Origin: Heterodontus francisci
Taxonomy: Eukaryota
Assembly (NCBI RefSeq): GCF_036365525.1
Contig: NC_090378.1
Coordinates: 122,187,593 to 122,251,592, forward strand
Length of the DNA stretch: 64,000 nt
Direction of reading: 5' to 3'
Translations under genes and position numbers: made by a program
In this document: positions 28,250 to 43,200 of the stretch, one piece after another
Layout: every line of letters starts with the position of its first letter
Numbering within the stretch: the stretch's first letter is position 1
The notes under the pieces: model-generated
The model's database searches: none
What the model was told of the DNA's origin: nothing
The model's input: the letters and a program-made list of their open reading frames with translations, nothing else

Positions 28250-31200
28250 TGGATGAACGGAGCCCTGGCTGGAGACTGCACTGGATGAATGGAGCCCTGG
28301 CTAGAGACTGCACTGGATGAATGGAGCCCTGGCTAGAGACTGCACTGGATGAATGGAGCCCTGGCTGGAGACTGCACTGGATGAATGGAGCCCTGGCGAG
28401 AGACTGCACTGGATGAATGGAGCTCTGGCTGGAGACTGCACTGGATGAATGGAGCCTTGGCAGGTGACGGCACTGGATGAATGGAGCCCTGGCTAGAGAC
28501 TGCACTGGATGAATGGAGCCCTGGCTGGAGACTGCACTGGATGAATGGAGCCCGGGCTTGAGACTGCACTGGATGAATGGAGCCCTGGCTGGAGACTGCA
28601 CTGGATGAATGGAGCCCTGACTGGAGACTGCATTGGATGAATGGAGCCATGGCTGGAGACTGCACTGGATGAAGGGAGCCTTGGCTGGAGACGGCACTGG
28701 ATGAATGGAGCACTGGCTGGAGACTGCACTGGATGAATGGAGCTCTGGCTGAAGACTGCACTGGATGAATGGAGCCCTGGCTGGAGACTGCACTGGATGA
28801 ATGGAGCCCTGACTGGAGACTGCAATGGATGAATGGAGCCCTGGCTGGAGACTGCACTGGATGAATGGAGCCCTGGCTAGAGACTGCACTGGATGAATGG
28901 AGCCCTGGCTAGAGACTGCACTGGATGAATGGAGCCCTGGCTGAAGACTGAACAGGATGAATGGAGCCCTGACTGGAGACGGTACTGGATGAATGGAGCC
29001 CTGGCTGAAGACTGAAATGGATGAATGGAGCCCTGACTGGAGACAGCACTGGATGAATGGAGCCTTGACCGGAGACTGCACTGGATGAATGGAGCCCTGG
29101 CTGGAGACTGCACTGGATGAATGGTGCCCTCGCTGAAGACTGAACTGGATGAATGGAGCCCTGACTGGAGACGGCACTGGATGAATTGAGCCCTGGCTGA
29201 AGACTGAACTGGATGAATGGAGCCCTGGCTGGAGACTGCACTGGGTGAATGGAGCCCTGGCTAGAGACTGCACTGGATGAATGGAGCCCTGGCTGGAGAC
29301 TGTACATGGATGAATGGAGCCCTGGCTAGAGACTGCACTGGATGAATGGAGCCCTGGCTGGAGACTGCACTGGATGAATGGAGCCCTGGCTAGAGACTGC
29401 ATTGGATGAATGAAGCCATGGCTGGAGACTGCACTGGATGAATCAAGCCTTGGCTGGAGATGGCACTGGATGAATGGAGCCCTGGCTGGAGACTGCACTG
29501 GATGAATGGAGCCCTGGCTAGAGACTGCTCTGAATGAATGGAGCCTTGGCTGGAGACGGCACTGGATGAATGGAGCCCTGGCTGAAGGCTGAACTGGATG
29601 AATTGAGCCCTGGCAGAAGACTGAACTGGATGAATGGAGCCCTGACACGAGACGGCACTGGATGAACGGAGCCCTGACTGGAGACTGCACTGGATGAATG
29701 GAGCCCTGGCTGGAGACTGCACTGGATGAATGGTGCCCTTGCTGAAGACTGAACTGGATGAATGGAGCCCTGACTGGAGACGGCACTGGATGAATCGATC
29801 CCTGGCTGAAGACTGAACTGGATGAATGGAGCACTGGCTGGAGACTGCACTGGATGAATGGAGCCCTGGCTAGAGACTGCACTGGATGCATGGAGCCCTG
29901 GCTGGAGACTGCACTGGATGAATGGAGCCCTGGCTAGAGACTGCACTGGATGAATGGAGCCCTGGCTGGAGACTGCACTGGATGAATGGAGCCCTGGCTA
30001 GAGACTGCATTGGATGAATGGAGCCATGGCTGGAGACTGCACTGGATGAATGGAGACTTGGCTGGAGATGGCACTGGATGAATGGAGCCCTGGCTGGAGA
30101 CTGCACTGGATGAATGGAGCTCTGGCTGGAGACTGCACTGGATGAATGGAGCCCTGGCTGGAGACTGCACTGGATGAATGGAGCCCTGACTGGAGACTGC
30201 AATGGATGAATGGAGCCCTGGCTGGAGACTGCAATGGATGAATGGAGCCCTGGCTGAAGACTGAACTGGATGAATGGAGCCATACTGGAGACGGCACTGG
30301 ATGAATCGAGCCCTGGCTGAAGACTGAACTGGATGAATGGAGCCCTGACACGAGACGGCACTGGATGAACGGAGCCATGACTGGAGACTGCACTGGATTA
30401 ATGGAGCCTTGACCGGAGACTGCACTGGATGAATGGACCCTGGCTGGAGACTGCACTGGATGAATGGAGCCCTCGCTGAAGTCTGAACTGGATGAATGGA
30501 GCCCTGACTGGAGACGGCACCGAATGAATCGAGCCCTGGCTGAAGACTGAACAGGATGAATGGAGCCCTGGCTGGAGACTGCACTGGATGAATGGATCCC
30601 TGGCTGAAGACTGAACTGGATGAATGGAGCCCTGACTGGAGACGGCACTGGACGAACGGAGCCCTGACTGGAGACTGCACTGGTTGAATGGAGCCATGGT
30701 TAGAGACTGCACTGCATGAATGGAGCCCTGACTGGATAAGGCACTGGATGAATCGAGCCCTGGCTGAAGAGTGAACTGGATGAATGGAGCCCTGACACGA
30801 GACAGCACTGGATGAACGGAGCCCTGACTGGAGACTGCACTGGATGAATGGAGCCTTGACCGGAGACTGCACTGGATGAATGGAGCCCTGGCTGGAGACT
30901 GCACTGGATGAATGGAGCCCTCGCTGAAGACTGAACTGGATGAATGGAGCCCAGACTGGAGATGGCACTGGATGAATCGAGCCCTGGCTGAAGACTGAAC
31001 TGGATGAATGGAGCCCAGGCTGGAGACTGCACTGGATGAATGGAGCACTGGCTGAAGACTGAACTGGATGAATGGAGCCCTGGCTGGAGACTGCACTGGA
31101 TGAATGGCGCCCTGGCGGAAGACTGCACTTGATGAATGGAGCCATGGCTGGAGACGGCAATGGACAGACGGAGCCCTGGCTGGAGACTGCACTGGATGAA

Positions 31201-34200
31201 TGGAGGGCTGGCTGGAGACTGCACTGGATGCATGGAGCTGTCGGTTGCAGATGGCACTGGATGAATGGAGCCCTGGCTGAAGACGGCACTGGATGAATGG
31301 AGCCCTGGCTGGAGACTGCACTGGATGAATGGAGCCCTGACTGGAGACTGCACTCGTTTAATTGAGCCCTGGCTGGAGACTGCACTGCATGAATGGAGCC
31401 CTGGCTAGAGACTGCACTGAATGAATGGAGCCTTGGCTGGAGACGGCATTGGATGAATGGAGCCCAGGCTGGAGACTGCACTGGATGAATGGAGCCCTGG
31501 CTGGAGACTGCACTGGATGAATGGAGCCCTGGCTAGAGACTGCACTGGATGAATGGAGCCCTGGCTGGAGACTGCACTGGATGAATGGAGCCCTGGCTAG
31601 AGACTGCACTGGATGAATGGAGCCCTGACTGGAGACGGCACCGGATGAATCGAGCCCAGGCTGAAGACTGAACTGGATGAATGGAGCCCTGACTGGAGAC
31701 GGCACTGGACGAACGGAGCCCTGACTTGAGACTGCACTGGATGAATGGAGCTCTGGCTGGAGACTGCACTGGATGCATGGCGCTTTAACCGGAGACTGCA
31801 CTGGATGAATGGAGCCCTGGCTGGAGACTGAACTGGATGAATGGAGCCCTGACTGGAGACGGGACTGGATGAACGGAGCCCTGACTGGAGACTGCACTGG
31901 ATGAATGGAGCCCTGGCTGGAGACTGCACTGGATGAATGGAGCCTTGACCGGAGACTGCACGGGATGAATGGAGCCCTGGCGCGAGACTGCACTGGATGA
32001 ATGGAGCCCTGACTGGAGACTGAACTGGATGAATGAAGCCCTGGCTGGAGAGTGCACTGGATGAATGGAGCCCTGGCTAGAGACTGCACTGGATGAATGG
32101 AGCCCTGGCTGGAGACTGCACTGGATGAATGGAGCCCTGGCTAGGGACTGCACTGGATGAATGGAGCCCTGGCTGGAGACTGCACTGGATGAATGGAGCC
32201 CTGGCTAGAGACTGCACTGGATGAATGGAGCCATGGCTGGAGACTGCACTGGATGAATCAAGCCTTGGCTGGAGATGGCACTGGATGAATGGAGCCCTGG
32301 CTGGAGACTGCACTGGATGAATGGAGCCCTGGCTAGAGACTGCTCTGAATGAATGGAGCCTTGGCTGGAGACGGCACTGGATGAATGGAGCCCTGGCTGA
32401 AGACTGAACTGGATGAATGGAGCCTTGACTGGAGACGGCACTGGATGAATCGAGCCCTGGCTAATGACTGAACTGGATGAATGGAGCCCTGACACAAGAC
32501 GGCACTGGATGAACGGAGCCCTGACTGGAGACTGCACTGGATGAATGGAGCCTTGACCGGAGACTGCACTGGATGAATGGAGCCCTGGCTGGAGACTGCA
32601 CTAGATGAATGGTGCCCTCGCTGAAGACTGAACTGGATGAATGGAGCCCTGACTGGAGACTGCACTGGATGAATCGAGCCCTGGCTGAAGACTGAACTGG
32701 ATGAATGGAGCCCTGGCTGGAGACTGCACTGGATGAATGGAGCCCTGGCTAGAGACTGCACTGGATGAATGGAGCCCTGGCTGGAGACTGCACTGGATGA
32801 ATGGAGCCCTGGCTAGAGACTGCATTGGATGAATGGAGCCATGGCTGGAGACTGCACTGGATGAATGGAGCCTTGGCTGGAGATGGCACTGGATGAATGG
32901 AGCCCTGGCTGGAGACAGCACTGGATGAATGGAGCTCTGGCTGGAGACTGCACTGGATGAATGGAGCCCTGGCTGGAGACTGCACTGGATGAATGGAGCC
33001 CATTCTAGAGACTGCACTGAATGAATGGAGCCTTGGCTGGAGACGGCACTGGATGAATGGAGCCCTGGCTGAAGACTGAACTGGATGAATGGAGCCTTAC
33101 TGGAGACGGCACTGGATGAATCGAGCCCTGGCTGAAGACTGAACTGGATGAATGGAGCCCTGGCGGAAGACTGCACTGGATGAATGGAGCCATGGCTGGA
33201 GACGGCAATGGACAGACGGAGCCCTGGCTGGAGACTGCACTGGATGAATGGAGGGCTGGCTGGAGACTGCACTGGATGCATGGAGCTGTCGGTTGCAGAT
33301 GGCACTGGATGAATGGAACCCTGGCTGAAGACGGCACTGGATGAATGCAGCCCTGGCTGGAGACTGCACTGCATGAATGGAGCCCTGACTGGAGACTGCA
33401 CTCGTTTAATTGAGCCCTGGCTGGAGACTGCACTGCATGAATGGAGCCCTGGCTAGAGACTGCACTGAATGAATGGAGCCTTGGCTGGAGATGGCATTGG
33501 ATGAATGGAGCCCAGGCTGGAGACTGCACTGGATGAATGGAGCCCTGGCTGGAGACTGCACTGGATGAATGGAGCCCTGGCTAGAGACTGCACTGGATGA
33601 ATGGAGCCCTGGCTGGAGACTGCACTGGATGAATGGAGCCCTGGCTAGAGACTGCACTGGATGAATGGAGCCCTGACTGGAGACGGCACCGGATGAATCG
33701 AGCCCAGGCTGAAGACTGAACTGGATGAATGGAGCCCTGACTGGAGACGGCACTGGACGAACGGAGCCCTGACTTGAGACTGCACTGGATGAATGGAGCC
33801 CTGGCTGGAGACTGCACTGGATGCATGGCGCTTTGACCGGAGACTGCACTGGATGAATGGAGCCCTGGCTGGAGACTGAACTGGATGAATGGAGCCCTGA
33901 CTGGAGACGGGACTGGATGAACGGAGCCCTGACTGGAGACTGCACTGGATGAATGGAGCCCTGGCTGGAGACTGCACTGGATGAATGGAGCCTTGACCGG
34001 AGACTGCACGGGATGAATGGAGCCCTGGCTCGAGACTGCACTGGATGAATGGAGCCCTGACTGGAGACGGCACTGGATGAATCGAGCCCTTGCTGAAGAC
34101 TGAACTGGATGAATGGAGCCCTGGCTGGAGAGTGCACTGGATGAATGGAGCCCTGGCTAGAGACTGCACTGGATGAATGGAGACCTGGCTGGAGACTGCA

Positions 34201-37200
34201 CTGGATGAATGGAGCCCTGGCTAGGGACTGCACTGGATGAATGGAGCCCTGGCTGGAGACTGCACTGGATGAATGGAGCCCTGGCTAGAGACTGCACTGG
34301 ATGAATGGAGCCATGGCTGGAGACTGCACTGGATGAATCAAGCCTTGGCTGGAGATGGCACTGGATGAATGGAGCCCTGGCTGGAGACTGCACTGGATGA
34401 ATGGAGCCCTGGCTAGAGACTGCTCTGAATGAATGGAGCCTTGGCTGGAGACGGCACTGGATGAATGGAGCCCTGGCTGAAGACTGAACTGGATGAATGG
34501 AGCCCTGACACAAGACGGCACTGGATGAACGGAGCCCTGACTGGAGACTGCACTGGATGAATGGAGCCTTGACCGGAGACTGCACTGGATGAATGGAGCC
34601 CTGGCTGGAGACTGCACTGGATGAATGGTGCCCTCGCTGAAGACTGAACTGGATGAATGGAGCCCTGACTGGAGACGGCACTGGATGAATCGAGCCCTGG
34701 CTGAAGACTGAACTGGATGAATGGAGCCCTGGCTGGAGACTGCACTGGATGAATGGAGCCCTGGCTAGAGACTGCACTGGATGAATGGAGCCCTGGCTGG
34801 AGACTGCACTGGATGAATGGAGCCCTGGCTAGAGACTGCATTGGATGAATGGAGCCATGGCTGGAGACTGCACTGGATGAATGGAGCCTTGGCTGGAGAT
34901 GGCACTGGATGAATGGAGCCCTGGCTGGAGACAGCACTGGATGAATGGAGCTCTGGCTGGAGACTGCACTGGATGAATGGAGCCCTGGCTGGAGACTGCA
35001 CTGGATGAATGGAGCCCATTCTAGAGACTGCACTGAATGAATGGAGCCTTGGCTGGAGACGGCACTGGATGAATGGAGCCCTGGCTGAAGACTGAACTGG
35101 ATGAATGGAGCCTTACTGGAGACGGCACTGGATGAATCGTGCCCTGGCTGAAGACTGAACTGGATGAATGGAGCCCTGACACGAGACGGCACTGGATGAA
35201 CGGAGCCCTGACTGGAGACTGCACTGGATTAATGGAGCCTTGACCGGAGACTGCACTGGATGAATGGAGCCCTGGCTGGAGACTGCACTGGATGAATGGA
35301 GCCCTCGCTGAAGACGGCACTGGATGAATGGAGCCCTGACTGGAGACGGCACTGGATGAATGGAGCCCAGGCTGGAGACTGCACTGGATGAATGGAGCCC
35401 TGGCTGGAGACTGCACTGGATGAATGGAGCCCTGGCTGAAGACTGAACTGGATGAATGGAGACCTGACTGGAGACGGCACTGGACGAACGGAGCCCTGGC
35501 TGGAGACTGCACTGGATGAATGGATCCCTGGCTGAAGACTGAACTGGATGAATGGAGCCCTGACTGGAGACTGCACTGGATGAATGGAGCCCTGGCTAGA
35601 GACTGCACTGGATGAATGGAGCCCTGGCTGGAGACTGCACTGGATGAATGGAGCCCTGGCTAGAGACTGCATTGGATGAATGGAGCCATGGCTGGAGACT
35701 GCACTGGATGAATGGAGCCTTGGCTGGAGACTGCACTGGATGAATGGAGCCCTGGCTGGAGACTGCACTGGATGAATGGAGCTCTGGCTGGAGACTGCAC
35801 TGGATGAATGGAGCCCTGGCTGGAGACTGCACTGGATGAATGGAGCCCTGACTGGAGACTGCAATGGATGAATGGAGCCCTGGCTGGAGACTGCAATGGA
35901 TGAATGGAGCCCTGGCTGGAGACTGCACTGGATGAATGGAGCCCATTCTAGAGACTGCACTGAATGAATGGAGCCTTGGCTGGAGACGGCACTGGATGAA
36001 TGGAGCCCTGGCTGAAGACTGAACTGGATGAATGGAGCCATACTGGAGACGGCACTGGATGAATAGAGCCCTGGCTGAAGACTGAACTGGATGAATGGAG
36101 CCCTGACACGAGACGGCACTGGATGAACGGAGCCATGACTGGAGACTGCACTGGATTAATGGAGCCTTGACCGGAGACTGCACTGGATGAATGGAGCTCT
36201 GGCTGGAGCCTGCACTGGATGAATGGAGCCCTGGCTAGAGACTACATTGGATGAATGGAGCCATGGCTGGAGACTGCACTGGATGAATGGAGCCTTGTCT
36301 GGAGATGGCACTGGATGAATGGAGCCCTGGCTGGAGACAGCACTGGATGAATGGAGCTCTGGCTGGAGACTGCACTGGATGAATGGAGCCCTGGCTGGAG
36401 ACTGCACTGGATGAATGGAGCCCATTCTAGAGACTGCACTGAATGAATGGAGCCTTGGCTGGAGACGGCACTGGATGAATGGAGCCCTGGCTGAAGACTG
36501 AACTGGATGAATGGAGCCTTACTGGAGACGGCACTGGATGAATCGAGCCCTGGCTGAAGACTGAACTGGATGAATGGAGCCCTGGCGGAAGACTGCACTG
36601 GATGAATGGAGCCATGGCTGGAGACGGCAATGGACAGACGGAGCCCTGGCTGGAGACTGCACTGGATGAATGGAGGGCTGGCTGGAGACTGCACTGGATG
36701 CATGGAGCTGTCGGTTGCAGATGGCACTGGATGAATGGAGCCCTGGCTGAAGACGGCACTGGATGAATGCAGCCCTGGCTGGAGACTGCACTGCATGAAT
36801 GGAGCCCTGACTGGAGACTGCACTCGTTTAATTGAGCCCTGGCTGGAGACTGCACTGCATGAATGGAGCCCTGGCTAGAGACTGCACTGAATGAATGGAG
36901 CCTTGGCTGGAGATTGCATTGGATGAATGGAGCCCAGGCTGGAGACTGCACTGGATGAATGGAGCCCTGGCTGGAGACTGCACTGGATGAATGGAGCCCT
37001 GGCTAGAGACTGCACTGGATGAATGGAGCCCTGGCTGGAGACTGCACTAGATGAATGGAGCCCTGGCTAGAGACTGCACTGGATGAATGGAGCCCTGACT
37101 GGAGACGGCACCGGATGAATCGAGCCCAGGCTGAAGACTGTACTGGATGAATGGAGCCCTGACTGGAGACGGCACTGGACGAACGGAGCCCTGACTTGAG

Positions 37201-40200
37201 ACTGCACTGGATGAATGGAGCCCTGGCTGTAGACTGCACTGGATGCATGGCGCTTTGACCGGAGACTGCACTGGATGAATGGAGCCCTGGCTGGAGACTG
37301 AACTGGATGAATGGAGCCCTGACTGGAGACGGGACTGGATGAACGGAGCCCTGACTGGAGACTGCACTGGATGAATGGAGCCCTGGCTGGAGACTGCACT
37401 GGATGAATGGAGCCTTGACCGGAGACTGCACGGGATGAATGGAGCCCTGGCTCGAGACTGCACTGGATGAATGGAGCCCTGACTGGAGACGGCACTGGAT
37501 GAATCGAGCCCTTGCTGAAGACTGAACTGGATGAATGGAGCCCTGGCTGGAGAGTGCACTGGATGAATGGAGCCCTGGCTAGAGACTGCACTGGATGAAT
37601 GGAGCCCTGGCTGGAGACTGCACTGGATGAATGGAGCCCTGGCTAGGGACTGCACTGGATGAATGGAGCCATGGCTGGAGACTGCACTGGATGAATCAAG
37701 CCTTGGCTGGAGATGGCACTGGATGAATGGAGCCCTGGCTGGAGACTGCACTTGATGAATGGAGCCCTGGCTAGAGACTGCTCTGAATGAATGGAGCCTT
37801 GGCTGGAGACGGCACTGGATGAATGGAGCCCTGGCTGAAGACTGAACTGGATGAATGGAGCCCTGACACAAGACGGCACTGGATGAACGGAGCCCTGACT
37901 GGAGACTGCACTGGATGAATGGAGCCTTGACCGGAGACTGCACTGGATGAATGGAGCCCTGGCTGGAGACTGCACTGGATGAATGGTGCCCTCGCTGAAG
38001 ACTGAACTGGATGAATGGAGCCCTGACTGGAGACGGCACTGGATGAATCGAGCCCTGGCTGAAGACTGAACTGGATGAATGGAGCCCTGGCTGGAGACTG
38101 CACTGGATGAATGGAGCCCTGGCTAGAGACTGCACTGGATGAATGGAGCCCTGGCTGGAGACTGCACTGGATGAATGGAGCCCTGGCTAGAGACTGCATT
38201 GGATGAATGGAGCCATGGCTGGAGACTGCACTGGATGAATGGAGCCTTGGCTGGAGATGGCACTGGATGAATGGAGCCCTGGCTGGAGACAGCACTGGAT
38301 GAATGGAGCTCTGGCTGGAGACTGCACTGGATGAATGGAGCCCTGGCTGGAGACTGCACTGGATGAATGGAGCCCATTCTAGAGACTGCACTGAATGAAT
38401 GGAGCCTTGGCTGGAGACGGCACTGGATGAATGGAGCCCTGGCTGAAGACTGAACTGGATGAATGGAGCCTTACTGGAGACGGCACTGGATGAATCGTGC
38501 CCTGGCTGAAGACTGAACTGGATGAATGGAGCCCTGACACGAGACGGCACTGGATGAACGGAGCCCTGACTGGAGACTGCACTGGATTAATGGAGCCTTG
38601 ACCGGAGACTGCACTGGATGAATGGAGCCCTGGCTGGAGACTGCACTGGATGAATGGAGCCCTCGCTGAAGACGGCACTGGATGAATGGAGCCCTGACTG
38701 GAGACGGCACTGGATGAATGGAGCCCAGGCTGGAGACTGCACTGGATGAATGGAGCCCTGGCTGGAGACTGCACTGGATGAATGGAGCCCTGGCTGAAGA
38801 CTGAACTGGATGAATGGAGACCTGACTGGAGACGGCACTGGACGAACGGAGCCCTGGCTGGAGACTGCACTGGATGAATGGATCCCTGGCTGAAGACTGA
38901 ACTGGATAAATGGAGCCCTGACTGGAGACTGCACTGGATGAATGGAGCCCTGGCTAGAGACTGCACTGGATGAATGGAGCCCTGGCTGGAGACTGCACTG
39001 GATGAATGGAGCCCTGGCTAGAGACTGCATTGGATGAATGGAGCCATGGCTGGAGACTGCACTGGATGAATGGAGCCTTGGCTGGAGACTGCACTGGATG
39101 AATGTAGCCCTGGCTGGAGACTGCACTGGATGAATGGAGCTCTGGCTGGAGACTGCACTGGATGAATGGAGCCCTGGCTGGAGACTGCACTGGATGAATG
39201 GAGCCCTGACTGGAGACTGCAATGGATGAATGGAGCCCTGGCTGGAGACTGCAATGGATGAATGGAGCCCTGGCTGGAGACTGCACTGGATGAATGGAGC
39301 CCATTCTAGAGACTGCACTGAATGAATGGAGCCTTGGCTGGAGACGGCACTGGATGAATGGAGCCCTGGCTGAAGACTGAACTGGATGAATGGAGCCATA
39401 CTGGAGACGGCACTGGATGAATAGAGCCCTGGCTGAAGACTGAACTGGATGAATGGAGCCCTGACACGAGACGGCACTGGATGAACGGAGCCATGACTGG
39501 AGACTGCACTGGATTAATGGAGCCTTGACCGGAGACTGCACTGGATGAATGGAGCTCTGGCTGGAGACTGCACTGGATGAATGGAGCCCTCGCTGAAGTC
39601 TGAACTGGATGAATGGAGCCCTGACTGGAGACGGCACCGAATGAATCGAGCCCTGGCTGAAGACTGAAAAGGATGAATGGAGCCCTGGCTGGAGACTGCA
39701 CTGGATGAATGGATCCCTGGCTGAAGACTGAACTGGATGAATGGAGCCCTGACTGGAGACGGCACTGGATGAATCGAGCCCTGGCTGAAGAGTGAACTGG
39801 ATGAATGTAGCCCTGACACGAGATGGCACTGGATGAACGGAGCCCTGGCTGAAGACTGAACTGGATGAATGGAGCCCTGACTGGAGATGGCACTGGATGA
39901 ATCGAGCCCTGGCTGGAGACTGCACTGGATAAATGGAGCCCTGGCTGGAGACTGCACTGGATGAATGGAGCCCTGACTGGAGACTGCAATGGATGAATGG
40001 AGCCCTGGCTGGAGACTGCACTGGATGAATGGAGCCCTGGCTAGAGACTGCACTGAATGAATGTAGCCTTGGCTGGAGACGGCACTGGATGAATGGAGCC
40101 CTGGCTGAAGACTGAACTGGATGAATGGAGCCCACACTGGAGACGGCACTGGATGAATCAAGCCCTGGCTGAAGACTGAACTGGATGAATGGAGCCCTGA

Positions 40201-43200
40201 CACGAGACGGCACTGGATGAACGGAGTCCTGACTGGAGATTGCACTGGATGAATGGAGCCTTGACCGGAGACTGCACTGGATGAATGGAGCCCTGGCTGG
40301 AGACTGCACTGGATGAATGGAGGCCTCGCTGAAGACTGAACTGGATGAATGGAGCCCTGACTGGAGACGGCATTGGATGAATGGAGCCCTGGCTGAAGAC
40401 TGAACTGGATGAATGGAGCCATGGCTGGAGACTGCACTGGATGAATGGAGACCTGGTTGAAGACTGAACTGGATGAATGGAGCCCTGGCTGGATACTGCA
40501 CTGGATGAATGGCGCCCTGGCTGAAGACTGCACTGGATGAATGGAGCCTTGGCTGGAGACTGCACTGGATGAATGGAGCCCTGACTGGAGACGGCACTGG
40601 ATGAATCGAGCCCTGGCTGAAGACTGAAGTGGATGAATGGAGCCCTGACACGAGACGGCACTGGATGAATGTTGCCCTGACTGGAGACGGCACTGGATGA
40701 ATGGAGCCTTGACCGGAGATTGCACTGGATGAATGGAGCCCTGACTTGAGACGGCACTGGATGAATCGAGCCCTGACTGAAGACTGAACTGGATGAATGG
40801 AGCCCTGTCTTGAGACCGCACTGGATGAATGGAGCCCTGGCTGAAGACTTAACTGGATGAATGGAGCCATGGCTGGAGACGGCACTGGATGAACGGAGCC
40901 CTGGCTGGAGACTGCACTGGATGAGTGGAGGGCTGGCTGGAGACTGCACTGGATGAATGGAGCCCTGGCTGCAGACGGCACTGGATGAATGGAGCCCTGG
41001 CTGAAGACAGCACTGGATGAATGGAGCCCTGGCTGGAGATGGCACTCGATGAATGGAGACCTGGCTGGAGACTGCAATGGATGAATGGAGCCCTGACTGG
41101 AGACTGCACTGGATGAATTGAGCCCTGGCTGGAGACTGCACTGCATGAATGGAGCCCTGGCTAGATACTGCACTGAATGAATGGAGCCTTGGCTGGAGAC
41201 GGCACTGGATGAATGGAGCCCTGGCTGGAGACTGCACTGGATGAATGGAGCCCTGGCTGGAGACTGCACTGGATGAATGGAGCCCTGACTGGAGACTGCA
41301 CTCGATGAATTGAGCCCTGGCTGGAGACTGCACTGCATGAATGGAGCCCTGGCTAGAGAATGCACTGGATGAATGGAGCCCTGACTTGTGATGGCACTGG
41401 ATGAATCGAGCCCTGGCTGAAGACTGAACTGGATGAATGGAGCCCGGACTGGAGACGGCACTGGACGAACGGAGCCCTGACTGGAGACTGCACTGGATTA
41501 ATGGTGCCCTGGCTGGAGACTGCACTGGATGAATGGAGCCTTGACCGGAGATTGCACTGGATGAATGGAGACCTGGCTGGAGACTGAACTGGATGAATGG
41601 AGCCGTGACTGGAGATGGCACTGGATGAACTGAGCCCTGACTGGAGACTGCACTGGATGAATGGAGCCCTGGCTGAAGACTTCACTGGATGAATGGAGCC
41701 ATTGCTGGAAACGGCACTGGATGAACGGAGCCGTGGCTGGAGACTGCACTGGATGAGTGGAGGGCTGGCTGGAGCCTGCACTGGATGAATGGAGCCCTGG
41801 CTGCAGACGGCACTGGATGAATGGAGACCTGGCTGGAGACTGCACTGGATGAATGGAGCCCTGACTGGAGACTGCACTGGATGAATTGAGCCCTGGCTTG
41901 AGACTGCACTGCATGAATGGAGCCCTGGCTAGAGACTGCACTGAATGAATGGAGCCTTGGATGGAGACGGCACTGGATGAATGGAGCCCTTGCTGGAGAC
42001 TGCACTGGATGAATGGAGCCCTGGCTGTAGACTGCACTGGACGAATGGAGCCCTGGCTCGAGATTGCACTGGATGAATGGAGCCCTGACTGGAGACGTCA
42101 CTGGATGAACGGAGCCCTGACTGGAGACTGCACTGGATGAATGGAGCCATGGCTAGAGACTGCACTGGATGAATGGAGCCTTGACCGGAGATTGCACTGG
42201 ATGAATGGAGCCCTTGCTGAAGACAAAACTGGATGAATGGAGCCCTGACTGGAGACGGCACTGGATGAACGGAGCCCTGACTGGAGACTGCACTGGATGA
42301 ATGGAGCCCTGGCTGGAGACGGCACTGGATGAACGGAGCCCTGACTGGTGATTGCACTGGATGAATGGAGCCCTGACTGGAGACTGCACTGGATGAATGG
42401 AGCCCTGGCTGGAGACGGCACTGAATGAACGGAGCCCTGACTGGAGACTGCACTGGATGAATGGAGCCCCGGCTGGAGACTGCACTGGATGAATCGAGCC
42501 CTGGCTGAAGACTGAACTGGATGAATGGAGCCCTGGCTGGAGACTGCACTGGATCAATGGCGGGCTGGCTGGAGACTGCACTGGATGAATGGAGCCCTGG
42601 CTGCAGACTGCACTGGATGAATGGAGCCCTGGCTGAAGACTGAACTGGATGAATGGAGGGCTGGCTGGAGACTGCACTGGATGAATGGAGCCCTGGCTGC
42701 AGACTGCACTGGATGAATGGAGACCTGGCTGAAGACTGAACTGGATGAATGGAGCCCTGGCTGGAGACTGCACTGGATGAATGGAGCCCTGGCTGGAGAC
42801 TGCACTGGATGAATGGAGCCCTGGCTAGAGACTGCACTGAATGAATGGAGCCTTGGCTGCAGACGGCAATGGATGAATGGAGCCCTGGCTGGAGACTGCA
42901 CTGGATGAATGGAGCCCTGGCTTTAGACTGCACTGGACGAATGGAGCCCTGGCTCGAGACTGCACTGGATGAATGGAGCCCTGACTGGAGACGGCACTGG
43001 ATGAACGGAGCCCTGACTGGAGACTGCACTGGATGAATGGAGCCCTGGCTGGACACTGCACTGGATGAATGGAGCCCTGGCTAGAGACTGCATTGAATGA
43101 ATGGAGCCTTGGCTGGAGACTGCACTGGATGAATGGAGCCCTGGCTGGAGATGGCACTGAATGAACGGAGCCCTGACTGGAGACTGCACTGCATGAATGG